From the IMG/VR virus record IMGVR_UViG_3300037067_005321, positions 1 through 64,000 of that record: a stretch of DNA of 64,000 nucleotides. One strand, 5' to 3'. How positions within the stretch are numbered: the stretch's first letter is position 1; the number at the start of each line of letters is the position of its first letter. This document shows, piece by piece, positions 38,907 to 49,861 of the stretch. This stretch comes from a virus (Duplodnaviria; Caudoviricetes). The notes below the pieces were generated by a model, which was not told the DNA's origin, did no database searches, and saw only the letters and a program-made list of their open reading frames with translations. The position numbers and the translations under genes are program-made.

Positions 38907-40123
38907 GTATTACACCTCTGATGTGAAACTAATTTATTTTTAAATTCATTATTAAATTCTTTTATTATACTTTTCAATTCATGATTAGTAAAGTTTGGGG
39001 TGGACCAAATATCATTATCATATTCTCCCTGTTTAGACCAATCACAATTTTTAAACTCATCTTGATAATACTTAGTTCCAGGGTAAGGGCAGAGCAAAGT
39101 CATACCAAATATATTAGGATCAGTATCAATAATTAATTGTCTAGTCTCTTCAATAGTCTCTTTTGTTTCTAGTGGATTACCAGTAATATAAAATCCTCTC
39201 ATATCAAGACCAGCTTCTTTACCCCATTTAAAAACATCTCTAATCTTTTGTGGAGTTGTACCTTTATTAATTTCGTTAAGTATTTTCTGGCTTCCAGACT
39301 CACAACCAATTGCTATCTGGTCACAATTGGCTCTTTTTAACAATGATAAAATGTCTTTAGTTATATAAGCAGAATGTAGCATACATTGAAATGGAAGTTT
39401 ATTATCCCTTCTTATTTTTTCTTCACAAAAATCTATAGTTTGTGTACTATCTTTTTCAATCCATGTGGGATCTGCAAATTTAAAATAGTTTATATTATAT
39501 TTCTTTTTGCAATATTCTATTTCATCTAATGTATCATTAACATCTCTATATCTCACATTATTGTGACTCATTTCCTTTTCTCCGCAAATTGCACAGGAGT
39601 GGGAGCACCCTCTTTTAGATACTATAGACAAAATACGCTGATTACAAACTTTTTCACAATAATCTAAATGTCTAGATTCATTAAATAATTCTCTATCAGG
39701 CCAAGATATTTGTGAAAATGGCAACATTTTACCATATATAATTTTACCAGTATTTCCATTTAATACTTCTAATAATCCAGTCTCACCTTCACCAATAATA
39801 ATTTGGTCTACGACTTGATCTGGACTTATCTTTGTGGATGTTACGTGGAATCCACCTAAAACTATTCTAACCTTTTTATTTATAGCTTTTATTTTCTTTG
39901 CTGATTCTATTACTGACTGAAATACACAAGTAGTTGCAGAAAATGCGGCAATATCCGCTTTTGACGTTGCATTAATTATATCTTCTTCTTTATCAAAATT
40001 ACCATGATAAAATTCTATATCTAACTCACCATTATAATTCTTTTTTATATAAGAAGATAAATATCCAGACCATAATGGCTCCCAAATATTATTGTAATAG
40101 TTTTGAATTAAAACTAATTTCAT
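38903..40123 (-). CDS. B12-binding radical SAM protein
   Basis: LGGFHVT, IGEGE, SKRGCSHSCAIC, GCESGSQKIL, PYPGT. Confidence 0.9.
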   Translation of the reverse strand: MKLVLIQNYYNNIWEPLWSGYLSSYIKKNYNGELDIEFYHGNFDKEEDIINATSKADIAAFSATTCVFQSVIESAKKIKAINKKVRIVLGGFHVTSTKISPDQVVDQIIIGEGETGLLEVLNGNTGKIIYGKMLPFSQISWPDRELFNESRHLDYCEKVCNQRILSIVSKRGCSHSCAICGEKEMSHNNVRYRDVNDTLDEIEYCKKKYNINYFKFADPTWIEKDSTQTIDFCEEKIRRDNKLPFQCMLHSAYITKDILSLLKRANCDQIAIGCESGSQKILNEINKGTTPQKIRDVFKWGKEAGLDMRGFYITGNPLETKETIEETRQLIIDTDPNIFGMTLLCPYPGTKYYQDEFKNCDWSKQGEYDNDIWSTPNFTNHELKSIIKEFNNEFKNKLVSHQRCNT

Positions 40124-41176
40124 TTAAATACTTTCATTAATTATATTACAAATAAATTCAACTTCTTCATCTTTGAGTAAGGGATACACTGGTAAACATA
40201 GAATCCTAGAATAAATATCGTTAGTATTTTTATATCCATTTGCTAGAGGTGTATAATATATTTTAGTTTCTACTCCATTATTTTTTAGATTATTATAAAT
40301 CTTATTTCTAATTTCTTTATTTTCAAGAAGTATACCAAATACAGACCAATTTGTATTACCAACTTTTTGACCAGTACATTCTACTTCTAATAATTCCCAG
40401 TATTTATTTATTATATCTAATCTTCTTTTTTGATTATCTTCAAAGTTTCTAATTGAATTTAAAGCAACAACACAGTGTATCTCAGGAATTTTAGCATACG
40501 TTGTTTCTAATTCCTTGCATACACTAGCTATATCATCATTTTCAGTGAGGATTAGTCCACCTTGTCCCGCAGGTGTGATTTTTGAAAAACTAAGACTAAC
40601 ACATTCAAATATACCTCTATGACCTAAATTTGGCAGATTCCATCCATGAGCAGCATCAATAACTATAAACTTACTATTCTTTTTATCATCTTCTGTTGGT
40701 AAAAATTCATTTCCAAATGTATCTACTGCTAATAGAATATCTGAAGTATATCTAGCATCTTGAAAATTAACTAACCAAGTATCTTTATCTATATCACAAA
40801 ATTCTTTATTATCTATATCAAAATTACAATCTACCGAATAGCTTGAACTATACCAAGTAAATGCTGGAACTGTAACTGAGTTCAGTTTATATCTTCTATT
40901 ATATTCACCTAAATCTATTTCTTTTCTTAATAGTGCTGATGGAACTTGAAATTCTTTACTATATAATTCTTTTAATGCTCTAAATCCTAATATTAAAGCT
41001 GAGGTACAAGTATTACAAGCAACTACATGTTTAACACCAGTTTTCTCTTTAACTATATTTTCTAATTGCTCTGTGAAATTTCCGTTTGCAACTTTACCAC
41101 TCTCAATTATATTCTTTATCTCTTGTAATTCAAAATCTGATAAAACTGTATTCGTTTTACTGTAAGGTATTTTCAT
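40124..41176 (-). CDS. DegT/DnrJ/EryC1/StrS sugar aminotransferase
   Basis: IDAAHG, SLSFSKITPAGQGG, ILCLPVYP. Confidence 0.85.
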   Translation of the reverse strand: MKIPYSKTNTVLSDFELQEIKNIIESGKVANGNFTEQLENIVKEKTGVKHVVACNTCTSALILGFRALKELYSKEFQVPSALLRKEIDLGEYNRRYKLNSVTVPAFTWYSSSYSVDCNFDIDNKEFCDIDKDTWLVNFQDARYTSDILLAVDTFGNEFLPTEDDKKNSKFIVIDAAHGWNLPNLGHRGIFECVSLSFSKITPAGQGGLILTENDDIASVCKELETTYAKIPEIHCVVALNSIRNFEDNQKRRLDIINKYWELLEVECTGQKVGNTNWSVFGILLENKEIRNKIYNNLKNNGVETKIYYTPLANGYKNTNDIYSRILCLPVYPLLKDEEVEFICNIINESI

Positions 41177-42083
41177 TGTAATTACTCACTATATCTAAAA
41201 GTTCTTTCATTTTAATATCCCAAGTATATTCTTTTAACACTCTATTTCTGCCATTTATCCCAATCTGAATTCTTTCTTCTTCAGTTATGGAATTCAGCTT
41301 TTCAACTAAATCTTCTTTACTTGAAAAATAAACTATTTCCTCACAATCTTTAAAATACTTATCTAAAGTATTAGTAGTATCTAAATGAAAAGTACAAGTA
41401 CCACAAGCTAGATATCTAACTAGCCTATTACTAAAATAATCTTTTTTATTATTAAAAGTATTAAGTGATAACATGTAAGTTGAACTAGAACAAATCTTAG
41501 CAAAGTCTTCTTCCACTACTTCATTATCAGAATATCCACTACCATATGTTTTGACATCAAATTTATTAAGTCTAAGAAAATCTATATATTCATCTCGTTC
41601 TTTAGTCTTAGTTCCAATAAAAGAAATATCTACTTTATCTTCTTCAAAAATATCTATAGGTTTAAAGATATCAGTATCTACACCCTGAATAAGATGATGG
41701 CAATTATTAACATATTTTTTTATATCTGGATCTGTATACGATGAAAAATTAGCTAAATTCATTTGTTCTATAACTTCTGAACAGTTTAATAATGTTTCAA
41801 GCGGGTCCATAAAGAATAAAAATGTTTTAGTATATTTGTTACATTCAGACATTATTCTTGGATCAGTATTATTGTGTTTGCAAAATATAGTTAAATATGG
41901 ATTTTGCTCTTTGATTGTATTAATTAGATACTCATAATAAAATTCATGTCCATATTTTGATATAAGTGATCTATAATTTATCGGTATTATATCTAAACTT
42001 AGGTTAATCAATGATTTAGCCATTGGGATTTGTGTAGAACCTTTTTTATCTAGAACACCAACTATACAAATTTTATTATTCAT
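41157..42083 (-). CDS. CgeB-like glycosyltransferase
   Basis: GVDTDIFKP, DISFIG, SNRLVRYLACG, YTWD. Confidence 0.8.
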   Translation of the reverse strand: MNNKICIVGVLDKKGSTQIPMAKSLINLSLDIIPINYRSLISKYGHEFYYEYLINTIKEQNPYLTIFCKHNNTDPRIMSECNKYTKTFLFFMDPLETLLNCSEVIEQMNLANFSSYTDPDIKKYVNNCHHLIQGVDTDIFKPIDIFEEDKVDISFIGTKTKERDEYIDFLRLNKFDVKTYGSGYSDNEVVEEDFAKICSSSTYMLSLNTFNNKKDYFSNRLVRYLACGTCTFHLDTTNTLDKYFKDCEEIVYFSSKEDLVEKLNSITEEERIQIGINGRNRVLKEYTWDIKMKELLDIVSNYNENTLQ

Positions 42084-43014
42084 AAATACCTATATTATTC
42101 CATCTATCATATACTTGTTTATCATTAACTATATTTTTTAGTATATTATATAATTCTTTAACTCTATATTTATCTAAATGATGTTTCTGTATTATATTTA
42201 AAGCATTTCTTGTTATTCTATAAATTTCTTTCTTATTCATAGAATATATATCTTTAATTACATCTATTAAATTATTACAATCAGAAGTATATTCTAAGTA
42301 TACTTCTTCTTTACCAAATAATTTTTCTTTTTGTTCTATTTTCGTAGTCAAACACAGTGTTCCACAAGACATTATTTCATATATTTTTGTGGGTGCTTTG
42401 TATAAAGGAGGAAAAGAGCAGGATAAAGCATAATTATATCTTTTTATTGTATCAAAATATAAATCATATCCTATCTCACCAATATAATCAATCATATCAT
42501 TTTGTTCCAATAGTTTCAAAGCTTTTTGTCTAGTAAAATAATATTTATTATTACTATATCTTCCACTACCTACAAATGTTAAAAAGTTAATTCTATTATC
42601 AAGATAATTTGAATCTATATCTATTAATATTTTATCTTCATCCACTGAAAAAGGCAGCCAAACTGAAGGAACTGAATCTGTAATATTTGAATATCTACTT
42701 ATTACAAAATCTATACCATTGTTTATATACCAATTTTTATCATCTAGATCCCAAAAATCTATGTCTATTACTACTTTTGGTATAGTGACACTTTTTAAAT
42801 CAAAATTAAAAAATCTACTTATTGGATATTCTGGAAGTAATAATATATTTGGGTTAACTTCTCTTATTAACGAATTTATATTTTCTAAGTTAGTATGTAT
42901 ATATACATCACAATATTTTCTTAACTTTTTAATAAAGTCAATAGTTGATCTTCTATTAAACGCTAAATTCTGCTTACCATCATGTATATATAATATCTTA
43001 ATATTATTATTCAT
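42076..43014 (-). CDS. CgeB-like glycosyltransferase
   Basis: WLPFSVD, TFVGS, KIYEIMSCG. Confidence 0.75.
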   Translation of the reverse strand: MNNNIKILYIHDGKQNLAFNRRSTIDFIKKLRKYCDVYIHTNLENINSLIREVNPNILLLPEYPISRFFNFDLKSVTIPKVVIDIDFWDLDDKNWYINNGIDFVISRYSNITDSVPSVWLPFSVDEDKILIDIDSNYLDNRINFLTFVGSGRYSNNKYYFTRQKALKLLEQNDMIDYIGEIGYDLYFDTIKRYNYALSCSFPPLYKAPTKIYEIMSCGTLCLTTKIEQKEKLFGKEEVYLEYTSDCNNLIDVIKDIYSMNKKEIYRITRNALNIIQKHHLDKYRVKELYNILKNIVNDKQVYDRWNNIGIYE

Positions 43015-43819
43015 AAAATATACAACTAGTTATTGCACCGATATTTTTTATTAATGATGTAAAAAGTAAATTATATTTATTATCAAATAAAGAGAGAAAT
43101 CCACTATGTATACAATCATATTTAAAATTTCTTAAATATCCACAAATACATATATAAGAGTCATTAATACAAAAATCATAAAGTGTATAATCATTACTAA
43201 AATTGATAATAATAGTATTATTTAATAATAATGCTGGTTTTAAATTATTAATTGTATCTGTATTGCATAAAGAATAAATATCATCATTATATATTTCTAC
43301 TCTAGAAGAATTATATCCAACATTTATTCTTTCTATTTCATTTAGATCAAAATCTAATTTAATAATACCACATTCAGAATTAGTTCTATTTGATAAAGAT
43401 CCTACATTTAAATATATATTATCCTTATATTTAGATATATCATTTATATAAATTAATGAATCATTATCACCTTTTATAAAATATCCAAAATCTTTTACCA
43501 ATACAATATTATTATATTTTTTATCTATAGATATTATTTTGTTTCCTTTACTAGAACATACTAATATAATATCCTTGCTAATAGTTACATCTCTTAAAGA
43601 AATAGTGTTATAATCTAAAAACAACTTATTTACTATTTTAAGATTTTTATCAAATTTATGTATAGTGTAATTAGATACTACATATAATTCATTATTATAT
43701 AATGATAAACCATTTATACTTTCATTATTTGTATTAGTAGAATATAAGAAAGATATTTGTTTTGTATTGGTATCAAAGTTATATATTTCACCAATACTTG
43801 TTCCTAATATAATTTTCAT
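43007..43819 (-). CDS. hypothetical, probable beta-propeller protein
   Basis: Repeated short beta-strand units; very AT-rich. Confidence 0.5.
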   Translation of the reverse strand: MKIILGTSIGEIYNFDTNTKQISFLYSTNTNNESINGLSLYNNELYVVSNYTIHKFDKNLKIVNKLFLDYNTISLRDVTISKDIILVCSSKGNKIISIDKKYNNIVLVKDFGYFIKGDNDSLIYINDISKYKDNIYLNVGSLSNRTNSECGIIKLDFDLNEIERINVGYNSSRVEIYNDDIYSLCNTDTINNLKPALLLNNTIIINFSNDYTLYDFCINDSYICICGYLRNFKYDCIHSGFLSLFDNKYNLLFTSLIKNIGAITSCIFYE

Positions 43820-44364
43820 TATTTCTTCTCAAAAAAGAAGTCCCAATTATTGTGATGAAATCCAATCTGCTTATTAATAGAAAAAGTCATGACCGCTTTC
43901 CTTACTTCACACTCACAAGCATATTCATTCTTGTAGTCATGTCCTGATAAGTACCCACCAACTTTAATTTTAGGCCAATATAACTCTAAATCTTTCTTCA
44001 CATATTCAAAACGATGGTTGCCATCAACATAACATACATCTATAGAATTATCTTTTATTTGACTAGCTACATTTTCTGATAAATCTAATATCCAAGTAAT
44101 TTTAGATTCATATGGTTCTAATAACTTAAATGCTTCATCTTTACATCTTATCCCATCTTTTGCTGCTAATACACCATCACCTAACATATCCCCATATTCA
44201 ATAAAAGGATCAATAAGTATTAATTCCTTTATATCAAGATAATTAAGCATACAAAAAGCATTTTTACCTGATTCTACGCCTATTTCAATTATAGTGAGAT
44301 CTTTTCTATCTATTATATGATTGAAAAAAGGACGATCCAATAACCATTCATTTTTAGTAAACAT
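43819..44364 (-). CDS. class I SAM methyltransferase (Methyltransf_24-like)
   Basis: IEIGVESG, YVDGNH, GGYLSGHDY. Confidence 0.85.
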   Translation of the reverse strand: MFTKNEWLLDRPFFNHIIDRKDLTIIEIGVESGKNAFCMLNYLDIKELILIDPFIEYGDMLGDGVLAAKDGIRCKDEAFKLLEPYESKITWILDLSENVASQIKDNSIDVCYVDGNHRFEYVKKDLELYWPKIKVGGYLSGHDYKNEYACECEVRKAVMTFSINKQIGFHHNNWDFFFEKK

Positions 44365-44365
44365 A

Positions 44366-44947
44366 TTATCTCTTTCTTAAAATTAGTTCTATTCCACACT
44401 CTGTAGTTGGTAATAAAGTTTGATCTTGTCTTGGTAAATTTAAATAAGTATGATTTAGAAGTTCTATTTTTTCTACTGAAATAATATCTGATAGTTTATC
44501 TATTAATTCTAAAATATTTATAGATTTTGCTCCTACACAAGATATATATTTATTAATTGTAAATGTCCATATATGATTCTTATTAAAAGTACTAGGAAAA
44601 ATACCCTGTTCATAAAGATCTTCATCTGGTACTATAATTACTAAATAACCTCCTGATTTTACTACTCTTATCCAATTACATATTGCTATCCAGAAATCTT
44701 CCATATGTTCTAGACAATGTGAACTATGAAGAAAATTATATGAATTATCTTCTATATTTAATAAATACTGAGCATCACCATTTTCTTTATCATATGAATC
44801 TATACTTTCAACTAATGGAAAAAGTTCTTTATATTGTGATAAAGGATCAGAGCCACAACCAACATCTATACCTTTACCTTTAAAATATAATCTTAGAAAG
44901 TTAGGATTTGATAATCTCCGCATTAATGACTTGCTGCACTCGTGCAT
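44366..44947 (-). CDS. class I SAM methyltransferase (Methyltransf_11-like)
   Basis: GIDVGCG, HSSHCLEH, RVVKSGGYL..VPD. Confidence 0.85.
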   Translation of the reverse strand: MHECSKSLMRRLSNPNFLRLYFKGKGIDVGCGSDPLSQYKELFPLVESIDSYDKENGDAQYLLNIEDNSYNFLHSSHCLEHMEDFWIAICNWIRVVKSGGYLVIIVPDEDLYEQGIFPSTFNKNHIWTFTINKYISCVGAKSINILELIDKLSDIISVEKIELLNHTYLNLPRQDQTLLPTTECGIELILRKR

Positions 44948-45694
44948 CTAACCCTCTCTTATCTTTCTTCTATATTCTATTATTGGTTCACCATATTTAC
45001 CATAATATTTATGACAGTTTTCATCATCAATTCCTCTCCATTCTCTTTCTCTTTCAATATTTATATTTCCAATAAAAACAGGAATATTATTCTTATTAAG
45101 AATATATTGAAGTTCCTGATGTGGATTCCAGAATGGAAATGGAGGCATTTCTATTTTTTTTACTTCTTCTATTCTATTACAATATATATCCATATTTTTA
45201 GAAGAACTAAAAGCAAAGAAATCATTTAGTCCACCACCATTATTGGATGCTGGAATAAATATACAACTATTATCTAATTTAGATAAATCATCCAATGGTT
45301 CATTAATATATAAATCTGCTCTACTTCTAATAACCCAATCATACACAAAACCGTTTCGTTTCTCATAATCAGATTTTAAATCATTAGCTCTTTTAATAAA
45401 ATAATACTGTCGTAATACAGCTAAATTAGTACATTCCTCTCCCATTTCTGCTATATGCCTAATATAGGGCATTGGTCCTCTAGCAATAGAATATAAATAT
45501 TCTAAACTAGGATCTTTTGTTAATTCAAGTTCTGTAAAATCTATTTTAACTTTATAAAAATTATCAAGAGAAGAATCATTAGCAAATGAAATAAACACAT
45601 CACAATTATTTGGTTCAATTATATTCTTTACAAACTTATACCAAGTTTTATCTATTCCTCTAGCTTGACCACTTAAACATAATGCAACCCTCAT
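44948..45694 (-). CDS. putative glycosyltransferase-like protein
   Basis: MRVALCLSGQAR...YDWVIRSRADL...NDFFAF pattern. Confidence 0.6.
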   Translation of the reverse strand: MRVALCLSGQARGIDKTWYKFVKNIIEPNNCDVFISFANDSSLDNFYKVKIDFTELELTKDPSLEYLYSIARGPMPYIRHIAEMGEECTNLAVLRQYYFIKRANDLKSDYEKRNGFVYDWVIRSRADLYINEPLDDLSKLDNSCIFIPASNNGGGLNDFFAFSSSKNMDIYCNRIEEVKKIEMPPFPFWNPHQELQYILNKNNIPVFIGNINIEREREWRGIDDENCHKYYGKYGEPIIEYRRKIREG

Positions 45695-45707
45695 TTACTA
45701 TTTCCTT

Positions 45708-46718
45708 TCATATAAAACTAAAATAATCTTTACTAATTAAATCTTTCATTATTAAATCATATCTGATATATCTACAATCATATAAATTACACTTATTTGG
45801 GTCTATATTTGATATTTTATATTTATGCTCCGCAGATCCCCATATAGACTCAAATGATTTTTCAAATATATTTCCAATCTTCATTTCATCAGGTCTATGT
45901 CTATAATAACAACAGATATAAATATCTCCATAGTAATCAATTAAAGTTTGGATAGTTGATATTTTACATTCTTTATCACATTTAGTAAAATGATCAAAAT
46001 CAATAATTATTTTAGTATTTTGTGGAGTTATACTATCAATAATTTCTTTTATATATTCTTTTTTTCCAAGATCTAAATTTAATGATGAATTAGCTACAGA
46101 TTTAAATTGTATTGAATAAAAACCAACATCATCTGCTATTCTTATAGCTTGTTTTATATCACCACTATAAATATTTGATGTAATTGTATATTTATAAGAA
46201 ACTTGTAGCTTTTCTGGTTTGTCTTTTATAAATTCACTTATATTTCTTAATATATGATTAAAATAATCTGAACCTTTTATTCTCTTAAATTCTTGTGCAG
46301 ATCCTGACTCAAAAGATACTCTAATAAAAGAACAATTGAAAAGAAGTTTATATAATTCTGGTCTAAGCCTTTTATTTATTAGTAATCCATTAGTAACTAA
46401 TCCTATTTTAAATCCTAATTTAAATGCATACTCTAAAAATTCTTCTATTGTTGAAAGCATAAGAGGTTCGCCGCCACCAGATAGTCCTATTCCTTCTACT
46501 CCTATATTTTTACAAGTATCAAGTATATGTTTCCACTCACTAATACTAAGTTCTTTCTTTGGTCCAGAGTTAAGTTCTTTATAATCACAAAAAGTACAAT
46601 TAAACTGACATTTATTAGTTGGATATAATGCTAAGAATCTAGGATATGTAAAAATACCTTTATTTAAGTCCTTTATTTGACTATAATAGCTCAGTATTCT
46701 ATTATCAAATTCTAACAT
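45708..46718 (-). CDS. radical SAM/SPASM-domain protein
   Basis: CQFNCTFC, SGGGEP, VTNG, GDIYICC, IGNI. Confidence 0.88.
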   Translation of the reverse strand: MLEFDNRILSYYSQIKDLNKGIFTYPRFLALYPTNKCQFNCTFCDYKELNSGPKKELSISEWKHILDTCKNIGVEGIGLSGGGEPLMLSTIEEFLEYAFKLGFKIGLVTNGLLINKRLRPELYKLLFNCSFIRVSFESGSAQEFKRIKGSDYFNHILRNISEFIKDKPEKLQVSYKYTITSNIYSGDIKQAIRIADDVGFYSIQFKSVANSSLNLDLGKKEYIKEIIDSITPQNTKIIIDFDHFTKCDKECKISTIQTLIDYYGDIYICCYYRHRPDEMKIGNIFEKSFESIWGSAEHKYKISNIDPNKCNLYDCRYIRYDLIMKDLISKDYFSFI

Positions 46719-47767
46719 TTTCTTTGTCTTTCTATAGCATCTATTATCATTTCTACTGTTATACTACTCATGCAACTGTTTTCCTTTTTACATTTATCAA
46801 GATAATAACACTCACATTTTTCTACAGGTTCTATTATTTCTCCTAAACCATATAAATAAAATTCATTCTTATTAAAAACATTATTCATTAGTACTATTCG
46901 TTTTTTTAATCCTATTGCTACATGTAAAGCTGAAGTAACTTGTGTAACTATTAAATCACAATTATCTACTAAATTTATAAATTTATTATAAGTTCCATAC
47001 CCTAGATATTTAGCACCACTTAAATCAGATATAACTTTATTAATCTTATCTTCTCTTTCTCCACCAAGAAGAACAACTTCATATCCAGATTCTAGTAATT
47101 TTCTAGATAAATTCTTCCAATTATGTATATCCCAACATCTTGTAGACCATCTTTGTCCATAACCTGTATTTAGTCCTATTACATATTTTGATTTATCTAA
47201 CCAAACTTCTTCTTTTTTAAAAGAAGGTAATATATATTCTTCCCCATTAAACGGTTCTATAAAGATAATATCAAATATTTCTTCTACATAATGTTTAGAA
47301 TTTTCCTTGCTAACTCTATCAAATACACCAGTTTTATATTTATGAAATGCTGATGGTGTACAAACTACAACACCATTTTCTAATCTAAAACCTATCAAAT
47401 TTCTAGACTTTAAACTTTGAGCAAAAGCACAAACTGACATTTCCTTATCTAAATTAATAATAAGATCAAAATTAATATTTCTAAGTATTTCAATACTTTT
47501 AAAATTATAACTTAAACTTTCTATATTATCTGGTAATACCTCTGAATGATTACTTAACCAATAAATCTTAGGATTTTTATATATAGAGAAGAACCTGTGT
47601 AAAATTGGTGTAGTTCTAATTATATCACCAATACCATCTAATTTAACTATCAAAATTCTAGTATCTATTTCTGCATAATAGTTGCAAGAATAACACTCAT
47701 ATCCAAATTCTTTATTATATTTACAAGGTGAATATCCTTTAAAATGAATACAATTAGTTTTTATCAT
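46712..47767 (-). CDS. GT9 (ADP-heptose:LPS heptosyltransferase-like) protein
   Basis: ILIVKLDGIGDIIRTTP, TSALHVAIGL. Confidence 0.85.
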   Translation of the reverse strand: MIKTNCIHFKGYSPCKYNKEFGYECYSCNYYAEIDTRILIVKLDGIGDIIRTTPILHRFFSIYKNPKIYWLSNHSEVLPDNIESLSYNFKSIEILRNINFDLIINLDKEMSVCAFAQSLKSRNLIGFRLENGVVVCTPSAFHKYKTGVFDRVSKENSKHYVEEIFDIIFIEPFNGEEYILPSFKKEEVWLDKSKYVIGLNTGYGQRWSTRCWDIHNWKNLSRKLLESGYEVVLLGGEREDKINKVISDLSGAKYLGYGTYNKFINLVDNCDLIVTQVTSALHVAIGLKKRIVLMNNVFNKNEFYLYGLGEIIEPVEKCECYYLDKCKKENSCMSSITVEMIIDAIERQRKC

Positions 47768-49293
47768 TACATAAGTTCTTTCAATATTTGGTTATCTTCT
47801 AATAAAATATTATCACTTACTTTTTTAGTAGTATATCCTTTGAAACACCACGCTTCTAAAGGCTTACAATCTTGGCAAACATCTTTATAAATTACTTCTT
47901 GTATATTGTTTGTAATAACTTTATAAACACCAAATAATTCTGCATCATGCCAAGAAATTAATCCACCATCTTTAACTATAGGATAATAATTAATAGTATC
48001 ACTATTTACACTATTAAAATCATGTCCACCATCAATATAACAAAAATCTACTTGTTCTTGTATATCTTTTATAGCATCATCTGATGTTTTTTCTATCCAA
48101 ATTATTCTATCTTTATACTTCTCTAATTTCTGATATGCTTCTTTTTTCCACTCAATTACATTTTTAAAGTGAGCATAGTCAACATAAGAATCAACCAAAT
48201 ATAACTTCTTTATATCAAGATTTTCTAATATATTTAGAGCATTAGCACCATCAGATACACCAATTTCTATACCTATTAAATCTTTTTTATCTCTTAAAGT
48301 TCTCAAAGATGGCCTGTTAATTGTATCTGGTATTGGCCTTTCATTAAAACATCCTGCTTTCTCTAATTCATATAGAAATGCTGCTATATCAGACATAATA
48401 GTATCTGCATCTATGGCTCTATAATCTGTAACATATCTAAATGAACAAGGAACATTTCCTCGATTGTAATGGGAAATGTGTCTCTCACGTTCATGTCCAA
48501 TTATATAGGAATTACAACCACTTAACATAGATACTGATGTTAAAAAAGATTGGCTAGAGATGGAGCAAACTGAATTATTTAAATATGCTATTATCTTTTC
48601 TAATTTATCCTCACCATTGTAAGATATCAGGTTTATAACATCATTTGATTCAGGATAATCAGCTAGACATGCACCATTAGGTGTACCACCCAATACTATT
48701 AGGAAATCTTCTTTTAATCTATCTACTACTTCTTTCCATACGTATACGGGAACATTCCTATTACTAGCTCTTTCTCTATTTCTAGGAAATATACATATTA
48801 TAGGCTTATTAAAATTTACTATTTGTAAATCTGATTTATACATAGAGAATATCTGTGGCATATTATCAATAATATGATTACAACCACGCGGAGTAAAAAA
48901 TTCTACCGTATTCTCAGAAGTATAATCGTAAAATTGTCTTATATATTCTATAATATCTGAATAAATATCTGGTGGAGTAAGACTACCAGCAGGAGATCCC
49001 TTTTCTACTAATTCATAACAATCTCTATCAAATCTGTCTGAATATACAAACTCAGGTAATGGTAACATCAAATAAGCAAAATCTGAAACAAGACAAGATA
49101 CAGACATATCCATAAATAATATAAATTTATAATCAGGATATTTTTCTTTTTTTAGGAATCGCAGATGCCCAAAAAATTCTTGTATTCCCCACCCAAATTC
49201 ACCGCAAAAGAAACTAACAAATATCTTTTCATCTTTAAGTTTATTTTTTATTTCTTCTGGAGTTCCTTTTTCAAATTCTATAGTTTCAATCAT
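47767..49293 (-). CDS. GT-B-like domain fused to a SAM methyltransferase
   Basis: N-terminal GEFGW...SSQS domain; C-terminal GIEIGV, YIDGGH, GGLISWHD. Confidence 0.7.
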   Translation of the reverse strand: MIETIEFEKGTPEEIKNKLKDEKIFVSFFCGEFGWGIQEFFGHLRFLKKEKYPDYKFILFMDMSVSCLVSDFAYLMLPLPEFVYSDRFDRDCYELVEKGSPAGSLTPPDIYSDIIEYIRQFYDYTSENTVEFFTPRGCNHIIDNMPQIFSMYKSDLQIVNFNKPIICIFPRNRERASNRNVPVYVWKEVVDRLKEDFLIVLGGTPNGACLADYPESNDVINLISYNGEDKLEKIIAYLNNSVCSISSQSFLTSVSMLSGCNSYIIGHERERHISHYNRGNVPCSFRYVTDYRAIDADTIMSDIAAFLYELEKAGCFNERPIPDTINRPSLRTLRDKKDLIGIEIGVSDGANALNILENLDIKKLYLVDSYVDYAHFKNVIEWKKEAYQKLEKYKDRIIWIEKTSDDAIKDIQEQVDFCYIDGGHDFNSVNSDTINYYPIVKDGGLISWHDAELFGVYKVITNNIQEVIYKDVCQDCKPLEAWCFKGYTTKKVSDNILLEDNQILKELM

Positions 49294-49325
49294 TAATTAT
49301 AACCTTTCTATTGTTTACTTTCTAT

Positions 49326-49353
49326 AATATAAACATTATATACTATTTGTCAA
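49326..49353 (-). promoter_or_regulatory. sigma70-like promoter of the glyco cluster
   Basis: TTGACA-N12-TGTT-TATATT upstream of 49293. Confidence 0.6.
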
Positions 49354-49382
49354 GGGGTAAAGTGAAAATAATTTAAATTATT

Positions 49383-49769
49383 TTATAAATTATCCTTAAC
49401 ATATCTCTTATGATATGCATTTTTTGCACCTAAACATACTCCATAATACATTGGGTATCTAATATATACTGGTTTATTTCTAACAGTCATAGCTTCAAGA
49501 AATACTTTATTACTTATCTCAAAAGATACTATAGGAATACTATCTATTCTAAAAATGTAATCATGTATTACTGCTTCTCTATGTGCTCTATCACCAAATA
49601 AAGAATATATAATTGGAAGTCTGGGGACACTAGCAAAATCAGTTTGAAAATCTACTGGAACTTCAATTCTTCCTACTAAATCAGATTCATAAATTAATGG
49701 AGCATCTAAAATCCAGATCTTATCATTATCTAAAAGAGTTATTTTTAACTGAGTTAAAAATCTTGCCAC
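49383..49769 (-). CDS. DUF1353-family protein
   Basis: VPVDFQTDFASVPR...AVIHDY...FLEAM. Confidence 0.85.
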   Translation of the reverse strand: MARFLTQLKITLLDNDKIWILDAPLIYESDLVGRIEVPVDFQTDFASVPRLPIIYSLFGDRAHREAVIHDYIFRIDSIPIVSFEISNKVFLEAMTVRNKPVYIRYPMYYGVCLGAKNAYHKRYVKDNL

Positions 49770-49861
49770 TATTTATCAACTTCTTTTTTCTTCTTTAATC
49801 TCAAAATTTCTAATATAAGAGTAACTAGTGTTATAGCTTTATCAATAGGTATTCTAGCCAT
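49769..49861 (-). CDS. 30-aa hydrophobic/basic peptide
   Basis: MARIPIDKAITLVTLILEILRLKKKKEVDK*; fills the gap and overlaps both neighbours. Confidence 0.45.
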   Translation of the reverse strand: MARIPIDKAITLVTLILEILRLKKKKEVDK

